Of a DNA stretch of 64,000 bases, positions 12,691-24,600 are shown one piece after another. The notes beneath the pieces are model-generated. The model was not told where the DNA came from, did not search any database, and saw only the letters and a program-made list of their open reading frames with translations. Within the stretch, counting starts at the first letter, position 1. Every line of letters begins with the position of its first letter. Made by a program: the position numbers and the translations under genes. Origin of the DNA: Phoronis australis (Eukaryota > Animalia > Phoronida); NCBI GenBank assembly GCA_002633005.1, contig NMRA01000249.1, positions 196,073-260,072 on the forward strand, in the 5' to 3' direction.

Positions 12691-14833
12691 TATACATTTC
12701 GTACCCAACCTATTTCCAAATACATGTAAATGATTTTCTTCAACTTCATATACATGTTCTGAAAGCCAGTGAGCCATTATTAAGGGTTTCTATCGTTGTT
12801 AGATTTTAGGAGTTGTTTGATCAATCATGCGACATTATTGTCGTTTTATTTTGAGAACCCCGAAATGTGATTCTGTCTTGTTTTGGGGTTCTAAGTGTAT
12901 GACAAAACCGTTTCGATGTTTTTCGTTTGTAAAGGAAATAGAACCCCGTTACGGTACGATTTGTGATTGTGAAAGGCCTACATAATTTAATTTTAATTTT
13001 CAACCAAACACGGTTTTCAACAACACCGGGCACGTGACTGTCACTGTTTATTTGATGGTAGTACTAATAATGGTGGCGTGACCCTGAAATAGAACAGAAC
13101 ACTTTGCCTCAAGAAATGTATCCCAGTATGCGCCTTAAGTGCGAAATAAGAATGTGAACGCGACTTTAAACGCATACAAAGTTCGAATATACACGTCGTT
13201 GCAGGTTTATACACGTACACTGTACAGGTTTACTTTACACAAAATATCCACGTACCAAATCAAACGACAATCGACTTATGTAGATGGCTTACCAGGTAAA
13301 TGACAATAGCACTGAAAGAAAAGCAAGGCAGGTTCACTTGTCAATTAAAATATCAAAGGGCTATACAGTAACAATACTGCCATGCTTATCAATAAAATAT
13401 CTCAAGAACCCCAATTCAGAACAAAAAATTACAATTGTAAAATGTCAAGTTCATCGCGGCATTCCCTAAGTTACTCAAAATGGCTATCGCCACACCAGTA
13501 CTGAAATAGGAAAACAAACCCAGTCTGTACTTGTTGCAATAAACTAAAATAATTATCCACAACTCACCTGAGTTCACTTTAATGCTGCAATCTGTCCACA
13601 ACTTCACTGTCCAATAACGAATTGGCGAATGCACGGAATGGCGGCACGCTTTCTACCTAAACCTAAACACTGACCCAATCAAGATGTCAAACAACACCCC
13701 AGTCCTTAGGCAACTACCATACTCGTCCGGGTTACCGTCCTGGGCGCTTAAATTGGTAATCTAAAAGCAGGAGATGGGCGGTAAGCCGAGCATGGGCGGT
13801 TAAAATCGAAATTATCGAAAAGTCAGGAGTGGGTGCTTGCTGCACAAAGGACCGATTTTACCCTCAAGGAGATACATGTACACTGACATCGGGCTTCAAG
13901 CATATCAGTTAAAATGTACGTCGGAGGATTAAAGTAACGAACTTCGACGGCCTGAAGTGGAATAGCGCACACGTCAGTGGTGGCCGAGATCCCGAGCGTG
14001 ATTGGGTTTTTACGTACCTCGGTCGCTGCTCGTCATGTCTTGGAACTGAGGTGTGCCTTCAGAAGGCACGTTTCCTGAGAGAAAAGATCACGCAAGACTA
14101 CGCTAGATCGTCACGTATTGCTACGGGAAGCAGGCGACTTTGTAGAGATATGCTGCCTCTAGTTACTTCGGCAACCAAACACGTGCTAATGATTTACAGC
14201 CGCTCTTTCTTCTAAATAATTTAAGCCTAATTTTAACAATGTAACATTTTATATACATTGTATATTTCTTTCTGTGAACAGCTAACACCGATTTCCCAGA
14301 ATGTGTTCAAAGCACGAGCTCAACAATCAGATGATAGGCCTACTACTATTAGGCAATAGGGGTGGTCAGTCGGCTGCGCAAATAATGAAGCAAAAACATC
14401 GTGTAAAAAAGCAAAAACACATCCTGTAAAAGGTCAACAGGCAAATCAAGAGTTCAAAAAATTTTAGACCACGTAGATGTGGACAGAATGTTCGACTTGC
14501 GCTTTGGTTAGGCGCTTTCATTTTGGTGTCAGGAGTGAGCCATTAAAAACATGTGTTTAACAAAGACACGGAACAATGGTCAGTATCTGCTAGTATTCAA
14601 AACAATGCCTCCAAAATAATGTCAGTGGGGCTTCCAAAATCGTTGGTGATGTACCAACCGAGTGTGGTCGTGTTTTTTATATTCATGTAGGCCACAGACT
14701 TCAATTCTTGTCAAGTACCGCTTTGTTGGTTCTTCCACGGCAATGAAATACATGTACATTCGACAATTAAGTGCTGTTTCAGTAATCAGCTCATGCTGAC
14801 ACGAGTTCCGCGCCTGAGCCATAGGAAATAACT

Positions 14834-17752
14834 TAGTCGGTGGGCCAGAATTTGTAGGGCCTCTAGAAAATGGTTTTTGTGAGTACTTTAGGGGGGCAAT
14901 TTTATTTTGGTGTTTTTAAATTCATTTATTAGAGTGTTTTCAAAATCTAAAAAGCTCCCACATATATAGTTGCGCATTTTTGAGAAATTTGAGTTTGAAG
15001 TTACCTAATAATCACCAAAGAGCTTAGTAAACTTATATTTGTAAAAACAACGGTTTTGGTGACTTTTTTGTAAAACAAGTAATATGGTCCCATCAGTGCC
15101 ATTGTATTGAACAATATTACACTCACATTACATGTTTTACTATTGTAGATTAATTGTAAACAGTGAAATTTAAAAAATGTAAAGAGACACCTAGTGGCGA
15201 AAATGCAAACTAAGTCTGAATGTTACNCAAATACATGACAATGATCAAAGTATGTACATTCTATGACTTAATCAACAAATAAAATTAACTTTTTAATACA
15301 AAAAAAAAAACGAAATAACAGGGTTAGAGGTCTATTTAGGCTTGACTTGTCAAAGAACTATCCAATGTTATGCAGTCAGTGTTGCTGATGTTACTACAGT
15401 TGTCACAGCTGCACATTTCTGTACAGTTTGACCCAGCATTGCAGCACAAACTCAGTTTCCCAGCACACATGTTCTTTTTGCACTTGCAGCGTTCATCGTT
15501 TAGTACTGTCAATGGAGATGCGGGCATTGCCATACATTTTAAATGCAAAGCTCCACTGCCAAGGAGCCAGCTATGGTCGATTAGAGAGGGTACAGCACTG
15601 CACACTGGTGACTGGCCCGCAGGCAATGAAGGGTCAAACACTAAGTCCTTGTATGGAGGCGGGGAGGATTTGTGCAGACGTTTGATTCAAAATATGTTAT
15701 AATGGGCTGTGTTAATTAGAATCAGCAAGTGAATTATTGAACACTAGCCTCAATTCACTTTCGTATATCTTAGTCGGGCACAAACTACAATAGTGAGTAG
15801 CTTCAACAATATTTCTTAAGATTGCCTGTCCAAATAACTTCATGCACACCAGCTTTCTGAAGAACAGCTTCAAAGTCTTGCTTTAGTTTGGAAAGGCAAA
15901 TGACATCTTCATGTGTTAGAAGCTTTGATTCAATGAACTCCAAACAAAACTGTAGAAAAACATCTATGAAAACTGCGGATTCGTCACTCTTCACAGTCGT
16001 TGTCTTTCTATTTTTTATAGCATGATGATCTGTGGTACTTGGCTTCTAAGACACAAGGTCTTTATCTTTGAATTTCATGGGCTCTGGACTGAGCTGTTGC
16101 TTGCGATACAAGTCTAACTGAAAAAAAAACGAACTGTTAACACTAATTTAACATTCAACTATGAGTGAGTTGGCATGCAACTTTTTCAGATGGACTTATC
16201 AGGAACTGATCCACCACCAGCCTAACAAATTTACATGCCATCTGATCTGTCGCCTAAAAATGTTGATCGTCTAAAAATTAGATTAGATGATGCAACTGAA
16301 AATAAATCAGCTGATATACTAGTGCAGTGATTGAAATTTAATTTTTTTAAATCAGATGCTCAATCGAATTACACTTAAGGTAATCGACCTTTGACGAAAT
16401 GGACAGTGGCTACCATTGTCCTAAAATTACTACGGCGACGATGGCCACTTAGGCACTTTAGTTATCATTGCAGCTACCTAAGTAATTAATGTTTACAAGA
16501 AATTGAGAAGAGATTCCCCCTATCCTAGGACTATGGCAGGGGATGACGGCCACTTGGGCATGTGGTTTGCAACCATCTACTCTATTTAACCTTCTCAAAA
16601 ATTTTTGACTTAAAGTGTTTTAAAATCACACCCACAGTATAACGCCATATGATTATCCCTGAGCGCAAGCAGTGTCGATGTGGCAACTGAACAATGGCGT
16701 GTTCGAAAAACAGGAGTATTTGTTTAAACTGGGAACAAATGAAAACATTAACAACTTCCTCAGAGGCATCTCTCTATGCGGCACTTCTAAACTTATAGGA
16801 ACATAATTTGCCGAAAAGCATCCGGCATATGGAGTACCTATGGTATGACCACCGTCTCTACTGGGTCAGCGGTATTGTCTAAGGCCTAGGCAGCCAATGG
16901 GCTGAACAAGTTAAAAAACAACTGGTGATAATACTGAAACACACATGGAAAATACCAAGATGCACCTTTCAAAAACACGTACCTGTTTTTGAAAGCTATA
17001 CTTCTTTCTCTTTCTTCAAATATGGTCCACAATATACTTTTCCTGCTAACAAATGATGCACTCAGGTTTCAGAATGTTCCTATCTTGTTCAGGTTAATTG
17101 GGTATTTCAGATTTTGGAAGTATTATTGATTTTCTTAGGAAATCTTGGATAACATCTGTATCACTTTCAGTAACTTCAGCTTTAGTACTTCTGCTGGTGC
17201 CTTGAAACGTTGCTATGCCGTTCTATGTATTTTCAGTTTTTTGGTCTGACACTTGGTCTTCTAGTCTACAGCACTCAGGAGTATACCGTGTAGGCTATAC
17301 CAGGACATCCAGCTGTTTTCTGCACAAACGTTTGACACCTCTTCTTCTTTTTGATCTGCTGATCTACAGAGTTCCACAGTCCATCAGCTTTCGTCAGGAA
17401 GCTTTCCTAAGCTTCTTTAGGCTCTGACATCACAATTTTGTGCTGTTTGATAAACCTTGAATTATACAGGCATCACACTCCATGGGAGCAGCCATATTGA
17501 AGTAACTAAGCACAACAATACAAACTGGCTCTCTGATTGGTCAATTCAATAGAAAAGCGCCACCAAGTGGCAGGAATGTGCATCACATTTTGTGCAACAA
17601 AAACACCTTTTTTAAAAAAATGTGCAAGTGTAGACGTGGGAACTTTTTGGAATTTGATTTATAGGTATATTATTTAGCCACATAGAAAAAACTAGGTTGC
17701 CCCCCCCAAGTACTCACAAAGATGAACGCTATGAGATCTGGCCCACCGACTA
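14834..17752 (-). mobile_element. Academ-like DNA transposon, non-autonomous deletion derivative (copy 1)
   Basis: TIR TAGTCGGTGGGCCAGA / TCTGGCCCACCGACTA; 3-bp TSD ACT (14831-33, 17753-55); minus-strand remnant RCKCKKNMC..CCNAGSNCTEMCSCDNCSN (Cys8/CXC finger) at ~15380-15500. TAG..CTA ends, 3-bp TSD and Cys8 finger match Academ. Confidence 0.8.
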
Positions 17753-17914
17753 ACTGTGTCTCCTTCAGTTAAGAGAATGAGATTGCGGGTATACATAGTA
17801 ATAAGGCAAGTTCCCGGTTCCGTGAAAACTGATTGCCATTAAAAGGTAAGCGAGTTGCGCACGTTTTGGAATCTTAATTTTGCGAGACGAACATTCACAA
17901 AAGCACACTCATTT

Positions 17915-18087
17915 TTAAGGAGGTCTCGTCATAAAAATGGTGGGCTGTAAGACGAGCGTGGGCAGTAATCCGGACGAGTACGGTAACCAAACTCTCAAAA
18001 CTCCACCAACGCAAATGCTTACAAGCACAACCTCGTTCAGTTGAGAAGAAGTAAGATCACTGTACAAGCACAAGAAAAAAAGGATCA
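17915..18087 (-). CDS. Candidate terminal exon (hydrophobic/TM-like tail) of the WSC-TSP1 gene
   Basis: AG acceptor at 18088-89 gives phase-1 VILFFLCLYSDLTSSQLNEVVLVSICVGGVL...; the alternative acceptor (exon start 18059) gives VILLLLN*. Ambiguous. Confidence 0.3.
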
Positions 18088-18182
18088 CTATACAAACGCA
18101 AATCAAAAGATACCAGGTTTAAGCCTACAGTTAGTAAGACATTCTTTTTTCTAATGAAAAACAGAAAAGATACCACTATCAC

Positions 18183-18310
18183 ATGTATACACACGTTTGC
18201 AATCGCACATACACACACACCCACGCACGTGTGCGTGCACACACATGACCGCATGCACACGGGAACACACGCACACACACACATGCGCGCGGGAGCGTGC
18301 GCGCGCACGA
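18183..18310. repeat. Imperfect (CA)n/(CG)n microsatellite
   Basis: acacacacacccacgcacgtgtgcgtgcacacacatg...gcacacacacacatgcgcgc. Confidence 0.85.
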
Positions 18311-18465
18311 ATACTATAGCCTTGCACCAGAACATCGATTTACTTAATAAAGTATGTAAACCATGCTGGCCTAATCACAGTATTCAAGGCCTGTTTGCAT
18401 TCTACGAATCTTTGTACTGATGTGCAGGGTTTTTCAGCTAACGATAATATCCTAGAATAAATTAC

Positions 18466-18624
18466 CTGAACAGGTAAAATTGTAGCAAGCCTGCGTGATT
18501 GAAGAATTGCCGCTACAATTAAACTGTAGCCCCGAACTGCATTTTCTTGTTCTTGTCCGTATCCCTTGGCCACAACTAGTGTTGCATAGAGTCCATGAAC
18601 TCCAGTGCAACCATGTGGGTTTGG
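18466..18624 (-). CDS. TSP1-domain exon of the WSC-TSP1 gene
   Basis: (A)KPTWLHWSSWTLCNTSCGQGIRTRTRKCSSGLQFNCSGNSSITQACYNFTCS: WxxWxxW, CxxxCG, RxRxC; tttttctatgcag acceptor, gtaatt donor; 159 nt, phase 1-1. Missed by the ORF track. Confidence 0.9.
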
Positions 18625-21600
18625 CTGCATAGAAAAAGATCTTTTAAGTTCGAAAAGCCTGCTCCAAACCACCAAGTATCCATTTAAATTGAATACTCCA
18701 CAAACGCAGTTCTAGACATACACGCCACGGCTAAATCTTACAGAGGTTGTAAAGCGCCAATGGACATCCCCGGCGTGAGTGTGCAGTGAATGTGTAATGC
18801 TTGTATGAAGTGCTGTTACTTCTGCCACGTTTTCCTATTGTTTTGACTTGTTCCTGAATTTCCAATTTTATATTCCAGTTCCCAATATTCCGCTATTTAT
18901 TTGCCTCCGTTAACTGAAAGGCCACGCGATGGTGTCTTTCTATAACAGCGAGTAGGCCTGAGAGCACCACACCGTATGTCTTTTTGTACAAATTATCACA
19001 GTTACAGGAAACAGATGTCAGACATTCCGGGCGAACAAAGATTTACAGCCAAAACTACAACTTTCCCCTGGAGGCACTCCTTATAGGGACATTTGTAATA
19101 TGTATTGTTGCACTCGTGTGCAACAAAACTATGGGGTCAGCATTGACAGCTATTGTCGCCCGGATGATAGTATCATATGTGACGGTTGAAAAATTATGTG
19201 GAGTGAACACCGCCACAAATTTCGTCCCCCAAATATGTTGACATGTACCGGCACTGTAATATAGCTACGTGTTTGCATACGGCTGATCCAGAATCAGAAG
19301 GAGGCCCAAGGAACTGTGAGAAAGCCGCCCAAAAGTAGTAACAAGTTGAATGGGAGAACGATGCGGGAGATCGTTGGTGATGATAACCACACCTGATGCC
19401 ATTACTTTGTACAGTTGCGTTGATTCTGAAACAGGGGCCTCAGCGAGAGCTCAGGTGAGAGAAATCGTCGAAAGGGGAAATATGGTGGCCCCCAGTGGAG
19501 GACAATGTTAATTGCTGTAACGTTGTGATGGAACATATAAAAACACATTTCTTTACCAAATTAAACTGCATGCCTGTGTGGACTAATTAAGGCATGCATA
19601 CATGTACATGTAGTGTGGCTGACGAAAGTTAGATAGAATAAAATACGCCTTAAGTACCCCCAAACTTTCCTGTTTCAAAATCAACGCAACCGCAGGAAGT
19701 ACTGGCATCACGTGTGGTTATCCTCACCAAAGATCTTCCACATTGTTCTCCATATTGTATCAGGTTGTTAGAAGTACGGTCTATCACCAAAATCGCACAA
19801 CTTGCCAACGTCTCGATAACAACGTTAATTCTACCCCTCCAAAGGTTTCTGTAATTTGACCCCAATCTATTAATGTTTTTCACTTCTCGACACTCGCAAG
19901 TCCCTCACCAGAAATCGTTGAACCCGGTCAACAGTAGCATGCAGAGTACAAATTTTGGCTCATCTGTAGTGAAATTGACTAAAGTTTCTGTTTTGCAATG
20001 CATTTCATAATTTACTCTTCTTAGTACTATGGTTCATGCAGTTGAGCAGAGAGAGGGTCATCCAATAAAATTCGTCCCGTGCATTCCAAACGTCTGCACG
20101 GTACTGCCGGTCGTCCAATTTTAAAGAGGGGTCCAGTGCCAGGTTGCATGAAACAGTCCCAAATAGGGACTCAACTACATGTAAGTTCCTTAAAGGCAAA
20201 GGAAACCTTTTCTCAAGAGACGATAATGATTACACCCCAGGACGTAGCAACAGCGTGGCATGTTGACTGACTCGTAAGCAAAAGCAAACGACGACCGAAC
20301 TTATCACAACCGAGGTAGAACAATGACTGACTCGACTACTCTCACAGTCAAACTATATGAAAAGAAATTGGCGAGAAATTTTTGCCTCCCAAAACGTCAC
20401 TTCCGGAGTAGACCGCGAATAATTAATTAAATTACGAAAACCAGTAAATAAGTGAAACATGTCTGGGATAATCAACGAACCTTATTTTTGCTAAAAATGA
20501 CATGAAAGAAGGTTACCTTCGCCTTTAATCTACTGCGTATTTGTGGGATTCTGATTACACTTACAGGTATTGTCCTTTCTTATGCCGTTTCAGTTTCATT
20601 AGTAAGTCAATTTTTTGACTTTGATACAAATCGAGAGTGAACTCGACGTTGAATTCTTTGTATTAGTGGAAATAAGTAGGAATACTTTGACGCAACACAC
20701 CTAGTTTATGGACTAATCCTTAATTATTTTGACTGAATTAAGGGCCCAGTTTTTAATTTCATTATTAGAAAAATGTCATTACCCAAAAAAGTACTCATAG
20801 AGAAGATGATAGGTAAATATTACATCTGTGAATAAAGAACGAAACAAATATGCAAAACATTTATGGAACTTAGTTGAGTCCTTGCTTGGGACCGTTTCGT
20901 GCAACCGGTCACCGGTCGATACATGTCCCGGAGGAATGTTGAGGCTCATGTCATGCTCATTTCTATACAGTTAAACAAAAACAAAGAAAATCAATAAGAA
21001 ATATCTCACCAGCAAACATAACCCAGTTTCTCCACCTGCCTCCGCAGGTTTGTGCCGAATTCCCAGCACATGCAAAGCTGCACTCTGTATCATAGACTCT
21101 GCGATACATTCCGTACTCGTTTCCACAGAAGCACGCAGTCCTGTCCTGGACGGATGCGTATTTGAACCCATCATTGAAGCAGGTACTTCGGCACAATATT
21201 CGAGTGTTTGCACTTGTGTTATAGACAGGAGTCCGAAGGTCTCTCACGTCGTAATCAATGAAACAGCCGGGGACATCTTGCAATACAAAACAAAGCAACC
21301 ATGAATTGGCGACTAGCTGTTACTGTTCGATCATCCGTCGCAATACAATTTGACCACAAAAATGCGTTTCTGGAATAGTGTCATGTAGATTACATGACTT
21401 TTCACAGAGTAAGACTGTTAGAGTGGCATATTGGACAATGGCTTCTTGTTCAAACTTCCACCAGGTGCTTCTAAGAATGGGAAACTACAACGTTTTCAAA
21501 TCCTGGATATAGCGGCTATTGACCTCACAACACCTTGGAAATGGGAAGACTCTGGTGGAAATGATTGCTCTCATGGACATTTTGCCCAGGAACAGCTGAT

Positions 21601-24600
21601 TTGGCCAGATCTTCTACAAAACGGAAGTAATTTTACGCACTTCCTCTTGTAAAGTGCTACCCGGGGCGAGTGCGTTGGTTTGGTAATAAAAATCAATAAA
21701 CATTCACCATGAAATGTAGTGTAAAATCAAAATGTATTGTTTAATGGACCTCTGCGAAGGGTACCTATCACAGCAAAACTCTACGGTATGTATCGCACTT
21801 TTTCGATTTTACACTACATTTCATGGTGAATGTTTATTGATTTTTATTACCAAACCAACGCACTCGCCCCGGGTAGCACTTTACAAGAGGAAGTGCGTAA
21901 AATTACTTCCGTTTTGTAGGAGACAGAAGGCGATTGCTTAAGACACAGTATTGCCTAAAATAGTAAAAACGGCCATTAGGTGAAATACACGTACAGATTT
22001 TCTGTCGCATCCATCAGACACAGCACAGAAAGTATTGTGAGGCCGATTTTCATAACTGAAAATTCATGCCATTCATATCAAGAGCTTTAGTTAAACAGCA
22101 TTCTATCAGAAAATGCAGTTATGTCTTGTTGCAAGAACTTGAATGCGAGTACTTACTCAATTCATATAACGATTACGCTTAAGGCACGTTTAAGTTATAT
22201 TGACCAAAAACAAGTTCTCGCCGAATAATTAAGCGATAACCGTCAGATTTTGAAGACTCATGAGGTCTTCCAGTTTTTTCGATTTCGGCAAATCCATTTA
22301 ATTTGAACGAGTTCTCAAAAACGGCGAGGTGATTATAAATTAAACTTTCCACTTTCAATAGTTATTCATCAATCTCAAAAGCATTATTACGATTTTTCCT
22401 TTAAAAGCCTTGTTATTGCGTACCCTAGGATAGACGAATTCGTCTACTATTTTTTACAGACTATCTTACGTTTTGCAAGTTAGTTTGGCATACAAAAAAC
22501 TAAACGAGAAATCAAAAATTCCAAACATTGTCATTGATACAGTTAACTGCGAAGTTTTCGTTTGAAAAGAGGTTCATTAAAACTAACAAATGGGTTATTT
22601 AGCTATGATCGTAACTTTCTTAAAAATGAAATAGCAATGGCATATGAACATAAAATGCATGTGTATTATATGTAATCTTTTGTCTCTCAGAAAATGTAGA
22701 CTTTTATCAGTTAACAAAGCCTGTTTCGTAAATACGAGTCACAATGAAGGCCGGAAAGGTTTGAGATATCCTTAAATACTGTGATTTGCCTTTGAAAAAT
22801 TCCATTGCGTGCGGAGAGTAATATTCGCCATAATCAGAAGTATTACATGTACGTTTGACGTGCAGATTTGTGAACGGCGCATCATAGGGGGCTGGGGGGT
22901 ATAGCCACCCACTTTTTTCAGTGCTGTGCCGTCCTTGGTATTGTAACGCTTCATTAAACTGAGAAAAGTCATTCAGGAAGGGTTACTCGCGACTTCGATG
23001 TTTATAGATTATAATATAAAATTGTGTTCACACCAACTGAAAACATTATCGAATTTACACAAATGACAGCTGAAACAGTGTAGTGATGACAAGCCATTGG
23101 ATTATTTAATTATCAGAACTTCGTTTACATGCTCACAGTATATCTCCGGCACAGGCAAGTAAATTGACGTGCATCCAATCGATTGGTCGAAAATGTAATG
23201 TACCTGATCTTTCAATAACTTCATTTAAATTTAATTTTTGTGATCGTACAAATGATTCTGAGAAAGAACCTGAAAAAACTTAACTGGTGAGCGAAGAAGT
23301 CGAAATTATGATGATGAAAATATTCCTGATGGACTTGATTCGCTTCTAGTAATGCATTACCAACAAATATTAGTTGACGAAACTTATAATAATTGTTTAA
23401 ATTTCTGTTTGATGAAATGGAATTATGTTTAAGTTATAATGACAATTCCCCATTAGAAAACCGAGAAAACGTCTGCAACATATTAAGCCTTAGTGGACAA
23501 GAGAATTAGATAAACTTTAGGATAAAATGAATTTATTAGAAAATCAATTAACGCCTTGTAACAGGGACATCACCACCAATTTTTATACGCCAATATATTC
23601 AGGTTCAAAATGATTTTGCTGAAAATTTGGTAACGTCAATTCTACTTTTACTATCAATAAGAATAAGAAACAGTTTAAGGGCTAGTGACCTCTTACCCCG
23701 TGCTCGCATGATCCACGTTGCATTGTCGCCTCCACAATTCTGTTTTATGTTCCCGCTACAGGGCTTTCGACACTGGCTGTTGGTAAGTGAACGAATAAAA
23801 CGCCCGAACGTGTCGCTACACACACACTGTGTCCCATTCCGAACCCCGGCGTAACCAAACCCTTGTTTTCTTTAACGTTATATGAAATAACAGGAAAATA
23901 GCAGTAAAATCGTTTAACATGTTGTAGATAATATTAAAACCACAATAAAACATTGGCTTGCTCAGCATGTTAACGTATTGGATCCTGTCGTGGAACTAAA
24001 ATTAAAATGCCAAAATGAAATACAATAAAAACTATTCTAGACTTACGTAATCGGAGCAAAATGCAAGACCTGTATTTTTGGAAAATGTCTTGTGATTGTG
24101 CATTTTTCCAATTTTGGATCCAAATAGCTTCATATTAGAGGCACGTGAGCCGTTAGTAACACCACATCAGGTCAAATTTCCTGCTGAGGCGTTGGTATTT
24201 CGTATTGTTTTTCAGTGTTTTTAAAACAAAAACCGAAAACCTTTAGTATTTCTTGCATCTCCAGAACAATAACCACACAGAGCATTTATTGCCTTTTACC
24301 GAAGAAACGTGACGTCATTAAACGGAATTCCTATACTTTGGGTCTAATGGTTTTCGAGAAGTCGTGGTTTGATATAAGAGTGAAAGATTTTTTACCCAAA
24401 ATAATGTGTTACAACAGTCATCGTAAAATTTTGGCAATTTCTGAAACACCATTAACTGGGAAATTTATCAAACAATAGCCATCACCTGGGGAAAACAAAT
24501 GTTGCCCGACAGGTCTAGAGTATTTTAGTGAACGGCAAAACTTTCTCTGGGCTCACATACGCTGAGTAAATCCCGTATAATCTGACGGGGATTTTAGGAG

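Noticed and set aside
18057-18420. Cys/Val- and His/Thr-rich ORFs
   Set aside because: Translations of a CA/TG microsatellite.
19905-19963. Possible extra WSC-gene exon DEPKFVLCMLLLTGFNDF
   Set aside because: Plausible acceptor, but it ends in a stop or a phase-2 donor incompatible with the TSP1 exon; unsupported.
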